Source: a virus
DNA: 64,000 bases
IMG/VR virus record: IMGVR_UViG_3300017917_002759
Location: 1-64,000 of that record
Direction: 5' to 3' (one strand)
In this document: positions 21,001 through 32,900 of the stretch, in pieces
Layout of the letters: the number at the start of each line of letters is the position of its first letter
Position numbering within the stretch: position 1 is the first letter of the stretch
The notes under the pieces: model-generated
Database searches by the model: none
Told to the model about the DNA's origin: nothing
What the model saw: only the letters and a program-made list of their open reading frames with translations
Translations under genes and position numbers: made by a program

Positions 21001-21862
21001 TTCAGGTCAGTTTTTAATAGATGATATCTTAATTAAAGATAATTTTATTACTACTCGTAATTCTAATTCTAATTTAGAATTTTTAGCAGAAGGCACAGGC
21101 GGAGTTTTTTTAGAACAGTTAAAATTTACAAACAATACTATCTCTACGGAATCAGGTAATACAAACATCAACATTGCATCTTTATCTGCCGGTAGCGTTT
21201 TTATTAATGATGAAAAAGCGTTAAAAATTCCTGTGGGTACCGGTGCAGCCCGACTAGTAGGAGTTCAAGGCGATTTTAGATACGACAGCACTGATAATCT
21301 ATTCAGCGGGTGGAGCTCTAATAGGGTAACATTCGGAGGAGTTTTTTCTGCAGATCGAAGAACAAATGTCACAGCTCATCCTACTAATGACACATTAAAT
21401 TTCGTTGCTAATCTAGTAGCAACTATGGAAATCACACAGACCGGTATAAGAAGTAACGGTCTAGGCACTGATAACACTTTATTGTTTAACGGAAACATAA
21501 TTTCTTCTTTGACTGCTAACACAGATATAAATCTATCACCTAATGGTACTGGACAAACTGATCTCGGTGATTTTCACATATATCAGAATGAGTTTATAAA
21601 TCAACCAAATACTCCTCTAACTTTAGTAACTACCGCAGGCGGACACGTAAAGTTTTCAGGAACTAAAGCAGTACAAATTCCGTTTGGACCTAGTTCTACT
21701 CGACCTTTTACTGAAATCGGTGATTTGAGGTGGAATACTGATAGCAATTCTACTGAAATTTTTGACGGAATAAATTATGTCAGCATTGCCGGTGTTACAG
21801 AATCAGCATCTCCTGAACAGGTACAAGAACTTAACGAGATCTACGCCATACTGTTAGGTTAA
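18026..21862 (+). CDS. Large beta-helix (pectin-lyase-like) fibre / appendage protein
   Basis: WYVATNG.D...G..QNGPF.TV.KAL......GDTV.IYPGTY.E.FP, RSPYVQNV, repeated I..N.I......DL.L...GTG; paralogue of 22000-26208. Confidence 0.75.
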   Translation: MSDIGRISGAMLKANLLRGGVDLVFEDRLGDNLLYLDVNSSKIGINTDEITRELLVNDTIKTTDLLVDESIFIQDLKFNISSIESTNNLIFLPQSGTTNLTALSTSGIKIDNNVISTLNSNETLEFRPNGTGEMIINSNTKVYADLHSSGNITLDGNITFGNNDTDSVTFVSDIDSNIVPDTNEFYNLGSTSKRWLNTYTELINGQLLETSGISVSGVNDIALRQGKIWYVATNGLDSNVGDHQNGPFATVRKALSESTNGDTVLIYPGTYEETFPLTVPAGVTVRGMGLRSVKIIPTSSTNHLDAFLLNGETTVSDLTVADFFYNNTNNTGYAFKFDNNFTVTSRSPYVQNVSVITNTELQESRQITPGPGPTLFGYTSDSVNVDKTFYSQVLVDSLIGQVAVIDRYPNPPLFYNIISIETEPLNSGLWRITFDTTFDTSGYLKPISFYSSIASTLIITNDIWDTSGSSIGENWVAYFKTNLPANFETTVQPGWMINVAGTLYEVDYIIEDPVNSNQWRIYVTTSLVGGTGIPIFSSPTASTTLLAGRGAYIDGSVATTSSKEASMLFHSVTMIVPGADAVVMTNGVRVEWLNSFIYYANRGLYAINGTLGLASQGGRFGAEIRSIGSANVYGTFGAVADGANTLMYLINHNFAYIGSGLSSTNDPSNVIPANETVELNSGKIYYQSLDHKGTYRVGDVFTVNLETGEISIDGISTSLGNFSTLNFVDEDSEIFIDATTVDVNNIRISENTMSSISGDINFLSQSSEINLTQNVNISKNLDISNDFIIKGQLTVGNQIIDTVNFVSKLDEDLIPKFDNAYLIGSNSLKWDAFNIQDIRLDNLKIYENRIRTSDTNADLELTANSLGNIRITNSSAEFDQDLTTNGLSQFNDDINIIGNLVHVGSVFQTGNVERTGNYLLNGNLLLSTNFNFENIRFVDNRIFTNVSNSDLELKAAGTGLLNILNDNVRLDQNLTVIDLTSTSNITNSNTVTSGQFLIDDILIKDNFITTRNSNSNLEFLAEGTGGVFLEQLKFTNNTISTESGNTNINIASLSAGSVFINDEKALKIPVGTGAARLVGVQGDFRYDSTDNLFSGWSSNRVTFGGVFSADRRTNVTAHPTNDTLNFVANLVATMEITQTGIRSNGLGTDNTLLFNGNIISSLTANTDINLSPNGTGQTDLGDFHIYQNEFINQPNTPLTLVTTAGGHVKFSGTKAVQIPFGPSSTRPFTEIGDLRWNTDSNSTEIFDGINYVSIAGVTESASPEQVQELNEIYAILLG

Positions 21863-21873
21863 TTTCCAAAATA

Positions 21874-21999
21874 TATAAATACTAGTGATTACGAAAAACG
21901 ACCAATTTTTCGTATGGTTAAACTGTGGTAAACCAGCAAAGAGCCCGAAAGGGATGAGAACTTGGTTAACCGTGAAACACGGGGTTAAAAGGAGAGCGA
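21874..21999 (+). promoter_or_regulatory. Late promoter TATAAATA followed by a structured ~110-nt 5' leader
   Basis: TATAAATA 21874-21881; hairpins TACGAAAAA/TTTTTCGTA, CCC-GAAA-GGG, and TTAACCGTG-AAA-CAC(GG)GGTTAA next to the AAGGAG SD. Confidence 0.6.
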
Positions 22000-24900
22000 A
22001 TGAGCCAGCTTGGTCGTATTAGCGGTCCGCTCTTAAAGGCAAATCTTCTACGCCAAGGTGTGGATTTAGCCTTTGAGACAGACCTACTTTATCTTGATGT
22101 TAATAATCTCCGGGTTGGAATTAAAACAACTTCTCCTACACACGACCTTCAAATAGTCGGAACTACTAGAACTACAAATTTAGAAGTAACTGGCGAAATC
22201 AATATTGATGAAAATTTAGAAATTACCAGTAACAGTATCTCTACAGTTACCGGAGATTTAAATCTTTCAACTCCAAACGGAACAGCAATATATCAAACAA
22301 AGGCTGTTATTGATCAAATTGATATAGAACAAAATGTAATTTCTTCTAACATCACTAATCAAGATATACAGTTAAGAACTAGCGGCGTTGGTGAAGTTGG
22401 TATCTATGCCGATACTTTAATTGATGGTAATTTGCACGTAACTGGAAATATCACTGCCGATGGTGATATTCAAATTGGTGATGCAAACACCGATAACATA
22501 ACTTTTAATGCTGATGTTGCCAGTAACTTAATTCCTAATGTAAATGAATTTTATAATCTTGGTAGTGATCCAACAACTAGCGGAAAACGATGGAAAGATT
22601 TATGGACTAAAAATTTATATACCGATGCTATTTTTACCGGAACAGCAGTTATTGACGGAATAGATATTGGATTAAATCAAGGAAAAATTATTTACGTTGC
22701 AACCAACGGAGATAATTTATATAGCGGAACACATCAAAACGATCCTTTTGCAACAATTACTAAAGCATTAAGTGTAGCAACTAGTGGCGATACGGTATTC
22801 ATTTATCCAGGAACATATACTGAAGTATTTCCGATGATTGTTCCTGTGGGAGTAACTGTTAGAGGAACAGGAATTAGATCAGTTCTTATTGTTCCTACAG
22901 CAGGCACAAATGATAACAACGCTTTTTTGCTTAACGGCGAAACTACTGTTGAAGATTTAACCGTAGCAGATTTCTTTTATGACAGCGTTAATGATACCGG
23001 ATATGCTTTTGCATTTGCTAACAATTTTACAGTAACTTCAAGAAGCCCATACATTAGAAATGTATCAGTGCTGACCAAAGGCAGTGTTACAAGCGTAGGT
23101 GATCCGTTAGGATTCGATCAAGGTGATGCAGGCCGCGGCGCTAAAGCAGACGGTAGTTTAGCCAATGCTGCCAGCAAAGAAGCTAGTATGCTATTCCACT
23201 CTGTGACATTCATTTGTCCAGCAGCCGATACACTTGTAGGTACTAACGGTGTTAGAATTGAGTGGTTGAATTCTTTCACTTATTATGCTAATCGAGGTAT
23301 GTACTTGCTCAGCGGATCAACCGGATTTGCCGGAGACGGTAAAACTAAAATAAAGATCACATCTAGAACAGGTACATGGAATGTAGGTAATACTATCACA
23401 TACTATGACACAGATGGTACGACTGTGTTGGCATCTGGGGTTATTGAAAGCATCGATGGAGATACATTTGTTATTGACGGTAAGCAGGTCGGTTTTGAAA
23501 TTCCTAGTGATCGACCAGGAAAACAAGCAACTGTGTTCGGTAATACACAACTAGATACTGCAATTAAAAAATTTGGTACAGCTAGTTTGCAATTAGACGG
23601 TACCGGGGATTATGTTACCTACGCTAGCCAGCCAGATTTTGGATTCGGCACAGACGATTTTACAGTAGAAGGATGGTTTTATAGATCTGTAGGTTCTGTA
23701 CAAGTAACTCTTTTTGATTTTAGAACCATAGCCACTCAAAATGCGCCATGGTTGTTTATTACATCTGGCGGAACTCTTGCATATTATGTAAATGGCGCTA
23801 CTAGAACATCTGGTGCAGGCGGAGTAACGCCCGGAAGCTGGCATCATGTTGCTGTTAGTCGCCAAGGAACTAACACTAGATTATTTGTTAATGGTAATCA
23901 AGTTGGTTCAACTTGGACTGATACAACAAACTATATAAATTCTCCTTTAACTATAGGAGCAAGATATACAGGCCTACTTGAATTTTTTAATGGTTATATT
24001 GATGAAGTTAGAATCTCTAAAGGTGTAGCGAGATACACAGCTAATTTTATAGCACCGACAGCAGCTTTTACTAGCGATAGTTCAACCGTATTACTTTTAC
24101 ACTTTAATGGTGCAGATGGTGCTACAACTATTACAGATGACGGTATCGGAACCCAAGATCTAAGAACGTCTGCACTCGGAACAGCTTCGGCTATCGATTA
24201 TGCTGACTATTCTGACTTCGGTGCCGAAGTTCGTAGTATCGGCTCGGCCGCAGTTTATGGCAACTATGGTATCTACGGTGACGGTGACGGAGTCATCGCT
24301 TATTTGATAGGTCAAAACTTAGCCTACATCGGAAACGGCAAATTATCTACTAACGATCCATCAACAGTCGTACAAGCTAATGAAGTTGTTGAATTAAACA
24401 GAGCAAAAATTTATTATTCTTCTGTGGATCACAAAGGTGATTTCCGTATTGGTGATTTGTTTTACGTGAATCAACAAACAGGTGAGGTAGAATTTTCTAA
24501 TTCTAATATTAGCCTGTCTGGCGGTATTACTTTTAATGACGGTCTTGGAAATGTTACTATTATCGACAGCAATAAAGTACAGACTGGTAATATTCGAATC
24601 AGCGGCAACACTATTGAAAGCTTAACCGGTGATGTTAATATTTTATCAGCCGGCGATGAAATAAATCTTCAGAATAATGTTAATATTTCTGGAAATTTAG
24701 ATGTTACGGGTAATGTAACAATCGGCGGCAATATTCAGATTGGTGATGCTAATACAGATTCTGTTAATATCGTTGCCAAGATAGACAGCGATCTAATTCC
24801 TAGAGTCACAGACACTTATGATTTAGGCACACCTGCATTGCGTTGGAGAACTGTTTATACTACGCAGATAACCACAGACGCTATTGATATCAATGATAAT

Positions 24901-26208
24901 AGAATTAGAACAATTAATTCTAATTCTGATCTTGAACTTGAGGCAGCAGGCACGGGGAGAATTTATGTTCCTGATAATAATGTGCTTCTTGATCAAAACT
25001 TAACAGTAGGTGGCACAACTAATTTAAAAAATACCAACATTGTTGGAACAATTACTCACACTGGTGATGTTAATCAAACTGGTAATACTGTACAAACTGG
25101 CGATTTGACTATTAATGGAAATTTAACAATTACTGAGGCTGTTCAATTTGAAGATATTAAAATTGAAGGCAACTTAATAACCACCACTATAGGTAATAAT
25201 GACCTTAGATTAGAAGCAGCAGGTACGGGGAGAATTTATGTTCCGGTTAATAACGTATTAATTGATAAAAATTTAACAGTTAATGGTACGACAACCACAA
25301 CAAATATTAATAACAATGATACAGTTACATCTGCAACATTTAGAACTAGTGATATTCGAATTAACAATAATAGAATTGAAACTACACTGTCAAATAGTAA
25401 TTTAGAACTACGTGCGAACGGTACTGGATTTATTGTTCTCGAACAATTTGATATTCAAGAAAACGAAATAAGATCAAATAATAATAACGATATAACTTTA
25501 ACACCTAGTGGTACTGGTATCGTTTCTATTAATTCTACACAAAGTTTAAAATTACCAGTCGGGATAACTAGTGAAAGACCTCTAATACCACAGATTGGTA
25601 TGGTTCGATTTAATTCAGAATTAAATCGTTATGAAGGATATAGTAATAGCGGTTGGATTAAATTAGAAGGTGTAGGCGATCAGGACGAAAATACATATAT
25701 CACTGCAGAACTAACTCCGGGTGCAAACGATAACACCATTAGATTTTATACTAATGGGTCTTTAGTAGCTGATATTAATTCTACAAGATTTAACACTATT
25801 AGAATCGATGTCGATGATATCAGAATAGATCAAAACATAATTTCAACCACTACACCGAATACTAACTTAGTATTTCAGCCTAATGGAATCGGATCTTTAG
25901 TAATTGGAAATTTTTCTATTAGGGCAAACACTATAACTAATACAGTTCCAGACAGCATAACTACATTCAATCAAATCGGCGACGGCTATTTTAAAATTGG
26001 TGGTGCAAACGGGTTTGTTATTCCTAGCGGAACAGATATACAAAGACCCGCAGTAGTTGATATCGGATTGATGAGATTTAATACTACTGACAGCCGAGTA
26101 GAAGTATATGACGGAGTCCAATGGGTATCAGCAGCAGGTTCATCTGGGGGTATAAGTGTAGTTGATGCTGAAGATTTGTCAATTAGAAATGCATTAATTT
26201 TTGGATAA
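22000..26208 (+). CDS. Large beta-helix fibre / appendage protein with LamG (concanavalin-like) insert
   Basis: Same chassis as 18026 (GRISG..LKANL.R.GVDL.FE). LamG motifs KFGTASL.LDG.GDY, DFTVEGWF, WHHVAVSR, LFVNG, FNGYIDEVRISKGVARY. Confidence 0.8.
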   Translation: MSQLGRISGPLLKANLLRQGVDLAFETDLLYLDVNNLRVGIKTTSPTHDLQIVGTTRTTNLEVTGEINIDENLEITSNSISTVTGDLNLSTPNGTAIYQTKAVIDQIDIEQNVISSNITNQDIQLRTSGVGEVGIYADTLIDGNLHVTGNITADGDIQIGDANTDNITFNADVASNLIPNVNEFYNLGSDPTTSGKRWKDLWTKNLYTDAIFTGTAVIDGIDIGLNQGKIIYVATNGDNLYSGTHQNDPFATITKALSVATSGDTVFIYPGTYTEVFPMIVPVGVTVRGTGIRSVLIVPTAGTNDNNAFLLNGETTVEDLTVADFFYDSVNDTGYAFAFANNFTVTSRSPYIRNVSVLTKGSVTSVGDPLGFDQGDAGRGAKADGSLANAASKEASMLFHSVTFICPAADTLVGTNGVRIEWLNSFTYYANRGMYLLSGSTGFAGDGKTKIKITSRTGTWNVGNTITYYDTDGTTVLASGVIESIDGDTFVIDGKQVGFEIPSDRPGKQATVFGNTQLDTAIKKFGTASLQLDGTGDYVTYASQPDFGFGTDDFTVEGWFYRSVGSVQVTLFDFRTIATQNAPWLFITSGGTLAYYVNGATRTSGAGGVTPGSWHHVAVSRQGTNTRLFVNGNQVGSTWTDTTNYINSPLTIGARYTGLLEFFNGYIDEVRISKGVARYTANFIAPTAAFTSDSSTVLLLHFNGADGATTITDDGIGTQDLRTSALGTASAIDYADYSDFGAEVRSIGSAAVYGNYGIYGDGDGVIAYLIGQNLAYIGNGKLSTNDPSTVVQANEVVELNRAKIYYSSVDHKGDFRIGDLFYVNQQTGEVEFSNSNISLSGGITFNDGLGNVTIIDSNKVQTGNIRISGNTIESLTGDVNILSAGDEINLQNNVNISGNLDVTGNVTIGGNIQIGDANTDSVNIVAKIDSDLIPRVTDTYDLGTPALRWRTVYTTQITTDAIDINDNRIRTINSNSDLELEAAGTGRIYVPDNNVLLDQNLTVGGTTNLKNTNIVGTITHTGDVNQTGNTVQTGDLTINGNLTITEAVQFEDIKIEGNLITTTIGNNDLRLEAAGTGRIYVPVNNVLIDKNLTVNGTTTTTNINNNDTVTSATFRTSDIRINNNRIETTLSNSNLELRANGTGFIVLEQFDIQENEIRSNNNNDITLTPSGTGIVSINSTQSLKLPVGITSERPLIPQIGMVRFNSELNRYEGYSNSGWIKLEGVGDQDENTYITAELTPGANDNTIRFYTNGSLVADINSTRFNTIRIDVDDIRIDQNIISTTTPNTNLVFQPNGIGSLVIGNFSIRANTITNTVPDSITTFNQIGDGYFKIGGANGFVIPSGTDIQRPAVVDIGLMRFNTTDSRVEVYDGVQWVSAAGSSGGISVVDAEDLSIRNALIFG

Positions 26209-26212
26209 TATT

Positions 26213-26542
26213 ATGGCAACTTTTTTTAGAAACACAGTAGCAAAAGACATAGGAACGATAGCAAGAGAAGTTATTGAAACAGCAGACAACGCCAGGGTCA
26301 CGGTGATTGGTATGAGTTTGGCTAATACAACTGAATTTGTTGTATTTGCAGATGTTGCTCTACAAAATGATACTAGTACAGAAGCGTATTATGCAAAAAA
26401 TATTATAATTCCACCAAATTCGTCAGCAAGAATCGTAAATGGTGGCGAAAAACTTATTTTAACATCGTCAAATGTATTAAAGGTTAGGGCAAGTGAAGAA
26501 AATAGCATTGACGCTGTGATAAGTTATGTTGAAATTGTTTAA
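26213..26542 (+). CDS. Small beta-rich structural protein
   Basis: MATFFRN...TVIGMSLAN...IPPNSS....GGEKLIL...DAVISYVEI; the Met at 26213 is the likelier start. Confidence 0.6.
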   Translation: MATFFRNTVAKDIGTIAREVIETADNARVTVIGMSLANTTEFVVFADVALQNDTSTEAYYAKNIIIPPNSSARIVNGGEKLILTSSNVLKVRASEENSIDAVISYVEIV

Positions 26543-26554
26543 GGAAATTAGAAT

Positions 26555-26926
26555 ATGTCAGGCACACATTATTTAGGAGTAACACCCCAGGATTTGTTGA
26601 ACTACGGAGTAGGACCTGCAAGATATTTTTATGGGTTGAGAAGAACCGAAGACGGCGATCTATATATCACCAAGGTTGATCAATTTGCAGGATCCGACGT
26701 GGTTCAAGTAAATGCGCCTGGAGATATTGAGGATGACTGGGAATTTTTCGAGATCGGAGTTGATTTTTTAGACGGTAGAGATAAAGATACTCACGAAAGA
26801 CCTTACGCAAACCTGATTTTTGATCAGTATCGTTGGGATAGTAGAAGTATTTTTTATTATATTAACGCAGAAGGCGAATTAGTTATCAGGATCAATCAAG
26901 CGTATTCATACCCAGAAGATGTATGA
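26555..26926 (+). CDS. Hypothetical structural-module protein
   Basis: RYFYGLRRT.DG.LY...DQYRWD...FYYIN.EGELV.RIN; AAGGA SD. Confidence 0.6.
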   Translation: MSGTHYLGVTPQDLLNYGVGPARYFYGLRRTEDGDLYITKVDQFAGSDVVQVNAPGDIEDDWEFFEIGVDFLDGRDKDTHERPYANLIFDQYRWDSRSIFYYINAEGELVIRINQAYSYPEDV

Positions 26927-26970
26927 TAAATAATACGCTCACTATATTTTACTAGAGATAGGATCAAAAA

Positions 26971-29900
26971 ATGGCAGAATTTAAATTAGGTAGATTAAGA
27001 TTTGTATGGAAGGGAACATGGGCAGCTTCCACAGTATATGTCAAAGATGATATCGTTAAATACGGCGGAAATTCTTTCGTCTGTATAAGCGGACATACGG
27101 CTAATCCCAATTTTAATGCGGATTTAGTAGGTTTAAAATGGCAAAAAATGTCCGCCGGTGTAGAGTGGAAAGGTGGAAGTTGGACACCTTCTACAGTCTA
27201 TAAAGAAGGTGATATCATAAAATTTGGTGGAAAAATTTATGTATCTACGGTAAATCATACATCCGATTCTACAGCTAACAGCGGATTTTATATCGACGAA
27301 GGTGATAATAAATGGGATTTGTTAGCTGATGGACAAGAATGGAACGGTAACTGGAATACTAGCACATTCTATAAAATCGGAGATGTTGTAAAATACAACG
27401 CATCTACCTATATTTGTATTACACCGCACACTTCTGCATCTACTACATCTCTAGGCCTCGAAAATGATCTAAATAAATGGCAATTACAGGCTGAAGGTTT
27501 TAATTGGAGATCTGATTGGGATCCTACAACTAGATATGCAACCAATGACGTAGTAAAATACGGTCCGAATCTATGGTTGTGTGTAATTCCTCATACTAGC
27601 GGTGCTGGATTCGAAGATACTAATTGGACTATATTTGTACAAGGATTACAATTCGAAGACTCTTGGAATTCAATAACTGAATATCAACAAGGTGATATTG
27701 TAACATATGGAGGATACTCTTACGTATCTCAAACACAAAATACCAACAAGATTCCACCGAATGAAGCAACAGATTGGGAATTATTAACTACTGGTTATAA
27801 CACCAGAGGAAGATATAATTCCTCTCTATCTTATAAGGTTGGCGATGTAATATTGTACGGCGGTCGAAGTTTTGTAGCCGAGGTAGAAGTTGCTCCGACA
27901 GAAAGTCCTTATGCTAATTCAAATAAATGGCAGTTAGTAACTGACGGAATTCGTTGGTTAGGAAATTGGACTGCAACTCCTGTAGAAATTACTTATAAAA
28001 TTGGTGACGCTGTAAGGTATCTATCTTCTACATACGTTTGTGTTGATGAGCATACTCCGGTCGATGATGTAGGAGATAGCTCATCTGTTAATAGACCAGA
28101 CCAGGATCGCGAAGGTACATATTGGAATGCGTTAGCTGAAGGTGATGAACAAAATGTCTTAGCTAGAAGAGCGGATCTAGTCACTAGAAATGCAATCCAG
28201 AATGAAAGATTACCTAAAGGTCAGGCCGGAACGTTCCTTAAAGCAGGCCTTGTTGATTTAGAGTGGAGTACTGTTGGTAATATTACTAGAGTATTTTATG
28301 TTTCTACAGACGGAGTCGATTCTCCCGACAGAGGAACTACTCTTAACGATCCCTGGAGAACAATCAAGTACGCTTGCGATAGAGTTAGAACTGTTGTGAT
28401 TCCAACTAGATCACAGCCGGCAGTAATTAACGTTAAAACTGGCGTTTATCAAGAAGTATTTCCTATTAGCATTCCAAAATATACTTCTTTAGTTGGTGAC
28501 GAACTTCGTATGAGCATCGTTGAACCGACCACCGAAACCTCGCATCTAGATAAGTTCTACATGAGAGATAGCACAACAGTTCGTAACTTTACATTTAGAG
28601 GAGCAACCGGGGCACCCGGAACCTCTGGACTGACTGCGCCAAATCAATATGGTACTAGAAGACCTACTGGTGGTGCATGGATCGGCCTTGATCCGGGCTC
28701 GGGCCCTAACGATGAAAGTGTGTGGGTAGGAGAACGTTCTCCTTACGTACAAAACGTAACAACATTTGGCGATTACGGTGTAGGTCAAAAGATCGACGGT
28801 GCGTTGCACAACGGCGGTAACAAATCAATTACGTCAAATGATTTTACACAAGTCATGAGCGATTCTATCGGTGCATGGTGTACCAATCAAGGTCGAGCTG
28901 AACTAGTTTCCGTATTTACATACTACGGATACATTGGATATCTATGCGAAAACGGCGGTGTTATCCGTGCTACTAACGGTAATAACTCTTACGGTACTTT
29001 TGGTTCTGTATCGGAGGGAGTCGATCCGACCGAAATTTCTAGAACCGCAGAAGTTGATAATAGAAGATTAGACGCACAGATCGATAGAGTACAAACTAAC
29101 GGTAATAGTCTATTATATTTAGAATATCTTAATGCAGGCGAAAATTATACTGAAGCAACGTATTCTTTTACAGGTCCCGGAAGTGCTACCCTTTCTACTA
29201 CTGCTAATTTTGAAGACGGTGGCGTTTGCGAAATTAGAGTTTTAGATGATGGTGATAATTATCTAACTGTTACAAATAACGCACAGCAAGGCACAACAAC
29301 TGACATTAGGCTTTCTGCTTCTGATACCACAGTAACTGGCGGATACAATGGGATGAGAATTACTCTCATTGATGGAGCAGGCGCAGGACAATATGCGATT
29401 GTTAATAATTTTGATGGCGGATCAAAAGATCTATTTGTACTAAAAGAATCATTTGTCCCATTAACTGTTACATCAACTGCTAGCGGTACTAACACAGTAA
29501 CAGTTAATAGCAACACATCATTAGATATAGACTCTCCAATAATGTTTGTTGGAACACTGTTTGGCGGTCTATCTTCTTCTACTTTGTACTATGTAAAAGC
29601 AAAACCAAGTTCAACAGAAATAACCTTATATACAGATACAGTAACTAAAACAGTAACAACACTTACCAACGGTACTGGTGACGCTTTATTATATCAAGCT
29701 GGTTGGGATATAATTGTACAGAATTTAGTATCTTCAGTTTCTGCAGCAACTAAGACTAATCCTGTTAGAATTACAACTGCCGGAAATCACGGATTAGTGG
29801 ATGGATTTACTGTAACGTTTAGTAGTGTCGGGGGCATGACACAATTAAATGGAAATACCTATTATGTAGTAAGAGTTAATAACACTCAGTTCGATTTATA

Positions 29901-32900
29901 TACAAGTTATACGTTATTAACTGCTGTTGATGGAACAGGATTTGGAACATATACTTCGGGAGGCCTAGCGACCGGAGGTCAAACACCTCTACCGTTCTTA
30001 GACACCACTACAAGATATATTATTGAACCAAGACCACAATTTTCTACAGGTGTTGGAGCAGAAGGAACACCTGTTCGAACATTGGGTATAAATGTGGTAA
30101 GTTTATCCGATGGTGGTAAAGGATTCACTACACCGCCTGTGATTTCTTTAGCAGGTCCTGATTTGGTAGATGGAAACGAATCTGCACAGGGAATTACAGA
30201 GATTCTCGGCGGAGTCGATAGTGTTGTAGTTCAGAGTAAAGGTACTGGTTATACCTCTGCTCCTACATTATCATTTGTTGGTGGAGGCTTACCAGCTAAT
30301 ACTATTGATTGGGAATCAGGACTAGAAGTTGAGCTGGGTTCATATATTAGGACCACCGCGAGAAGAGTTTATGAAGTAACCGTTGCAGGAGAATTAGGAG
30401 TATCAGCCCCATCTCATACAACCGGTACTGCGGCTAACGGAACTGCGACGTTGCAATATATAGGTAGAATTGCAGCAGCATCAGCATCAATTACACAGAC
30501 AATCAAGACAGTAAATCTTATAGATGGAGGTTTGGGCTATACTTCTCCACCGTCGGTTATTGTAACAGGACTCGGTGGCAGCGGAGCTATTATATCTGCT
30601 CAAATAAGTCAAGTGATTGGATCGATAGATGTTGATACTCCGGGCTCGGGTTACACATCTGCTCCTCAAGTGACTTTAATTGGAGGCGAACCTTTAGTTT
30701 TTGCAACTGCTAGAGCTATTCTTTCTGCTAGTGTAAGTACTATCACAGTAACAGAAGGCGGCAACGGATACAAACCATCTACTACCACAGTATCTCTATC
30801 CGGCGGTGGTGGTGTAAATGCCACTGCTAGTGCCGTTATTGATTTCGGCAATTGGGTAGCAGGAGTTACTCCGGGAGTTATTACTAGTATAGTAGTTAAT
30901 ACTTCCGGTACTGGATATTCTACACCTCCTACAGTGATTATCGGAGGAGAAGGAACAGATGCTACTGCTGTTGCTAATATCATCGGTAGTGTAGATACTA
31001 TCGAGATTTTAAATCGCGGTAGAGGATATCAAACAACTCCGGGTGTTCAAATTACCGGTGGCGGTGGCACCAATGCTACTGCTACCGCTAATAGAACGGG
31101 CGCGATCAATACATTAACTGTAGTCGATGGCGGAAGAGAATGGTCTGAAATACCTACATTATCATTCAGTGGTGGTGGTGGTAGCGACGCAGAGGCAACA
31201 GTCACTGCAATGGACACTGTAATTGATCTAGTTACGGTAGATGATCCAGGTGAAAATTATACAAGTAATCCTGCTTTAGCAGTACGAGATGGCGGTGGTA
31301 ATGGAGCAATTTTAAGACCTAGAATCAACGGAGAAGTAGTTTCAGTTTCGATAACCGATCCAGGTAGTGACTACTCATCTGCACCAGTTATATCATTTAT
31401 TGGCGGCGGAAATTATAGAAGTTCTACTGCCGGATTAAGGTACTACGCAAATGCTAGTGCGTTGGTCGCAATCGGCATATCTCAAAGAACTCAAACTCTT
31501 GCTGCTATTGAAAGAGCAGGTGTTGTAGCCAAAGCTGTAGCCGCAAATACAAATCCGGGAGTGATATATCAAACTGGAATTACTAGAACTCCTGCTGGTG
31601 GCGGATATGTAGCTCCTGTGGGTATTGCAAACGCTATCGATACATGGATCAACACAGTATATTTTACTATTGAAAACGGTGAAGAACTAGTAAAAGCCGC
31701 TAATCTTTTGAACATCAATAGAAAATTTATTATTACCGAAATTAGAAAATATATTGATTTAAATTTTTCAGGCGAGGCTGACGCTACATGGAATAGAGAT
31801 TTAGGATTAATAGTTGATGCGGTAGTTAGAGATATTTCGACCAGAGGTGTGAATAATTCTTTAAGTTGCGGAATTTCTCAAGTATTTCTATCTGACAGAT
31901 CAGGCACCGGTCAAACCGCAGCATTAGACGCTATCGAAACAATGATATCGTTTTTCCAAGATATTGTCCAGAACATTGTTATAGTACCATCACTAGATTT
32001 ACCATTAGTATGGCAGGGGGTTTGGGATTCAGACGAAGCGTATGATGTTAATGATGTAGTAGTTGTTAATGGCGGCACATATATCTGTGATATTGCGCAC
32101 ACATCGAGTCCATTATTTACAACAGACCTAGATTTAGATCGTTGGATTTTAAAAGAAGACGGTCAAAGAACTAATTTAGAAGTATTTGAACCAGATTCTC
32201 TTTTAGCTATTGAAAATTGTCTCACTTTGATTAAAGGAATCGTACAAAGAAATCCGGGATCAGGAACCTACTTAGCAGCTTCAAATTTAATTTTATCTAA
32301 TAGAGAATACATCAAAGCCGAAGTTATCGGTTTTATAAATTCTGAATATGATGATTTTGATTATAATCAACCGTTGTGTGCTAGAGATACCGGATTTATC
32401 GTAGAAGCATTATCCTACGATCTAGTTAATGGTAATGTTACTGCTGAACCAGTAGCAACCGCAACTACTACAGGAGTAGTTGCTAGAATTACCGTTGATG
32501 AATCAGGAGAGGGATACAGCGAAGGAGTCGAATTAGTTGTTTCCGATCCATTTACCGGATCGGCATGGGCAGCTTCGACTAGCGTAACAAATGGAAATTA
32601 TATCTCTTATACAAACTCTCAAGGAGTTAAACATTGGTATCAGGTAACGTCTTCGGGGACTACCGGAACTACACCTCCTACACACGATATAGGATCTGCA
32701 TCCAATGGTACCGCTACATTGGCATTTGCCGGTACCACAGCGATAGCACGTCCGGTTATTGATGAATTTACAGGAGAAATAACTGACTACGAGATGGTCA
32801 ATAAAGGTAAAGGATATCCATCTGCTCCTATAACTTTAACCATTTCCCCAGATCCTGGTACCGGCGCCCTTGCTCGTTGCCGATTAGCTGGTTCAAATGT

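Noticed and set aside
21915-21990. Hammerhead ribozyme or c-di-GMP riboswitch
   Set aside because: GAUGAG and GAAAC are present but the CUGAUGA core and required stems are not, and the c-di-GMP-I consensus is not matched; kept only as an unassigned structured leader.
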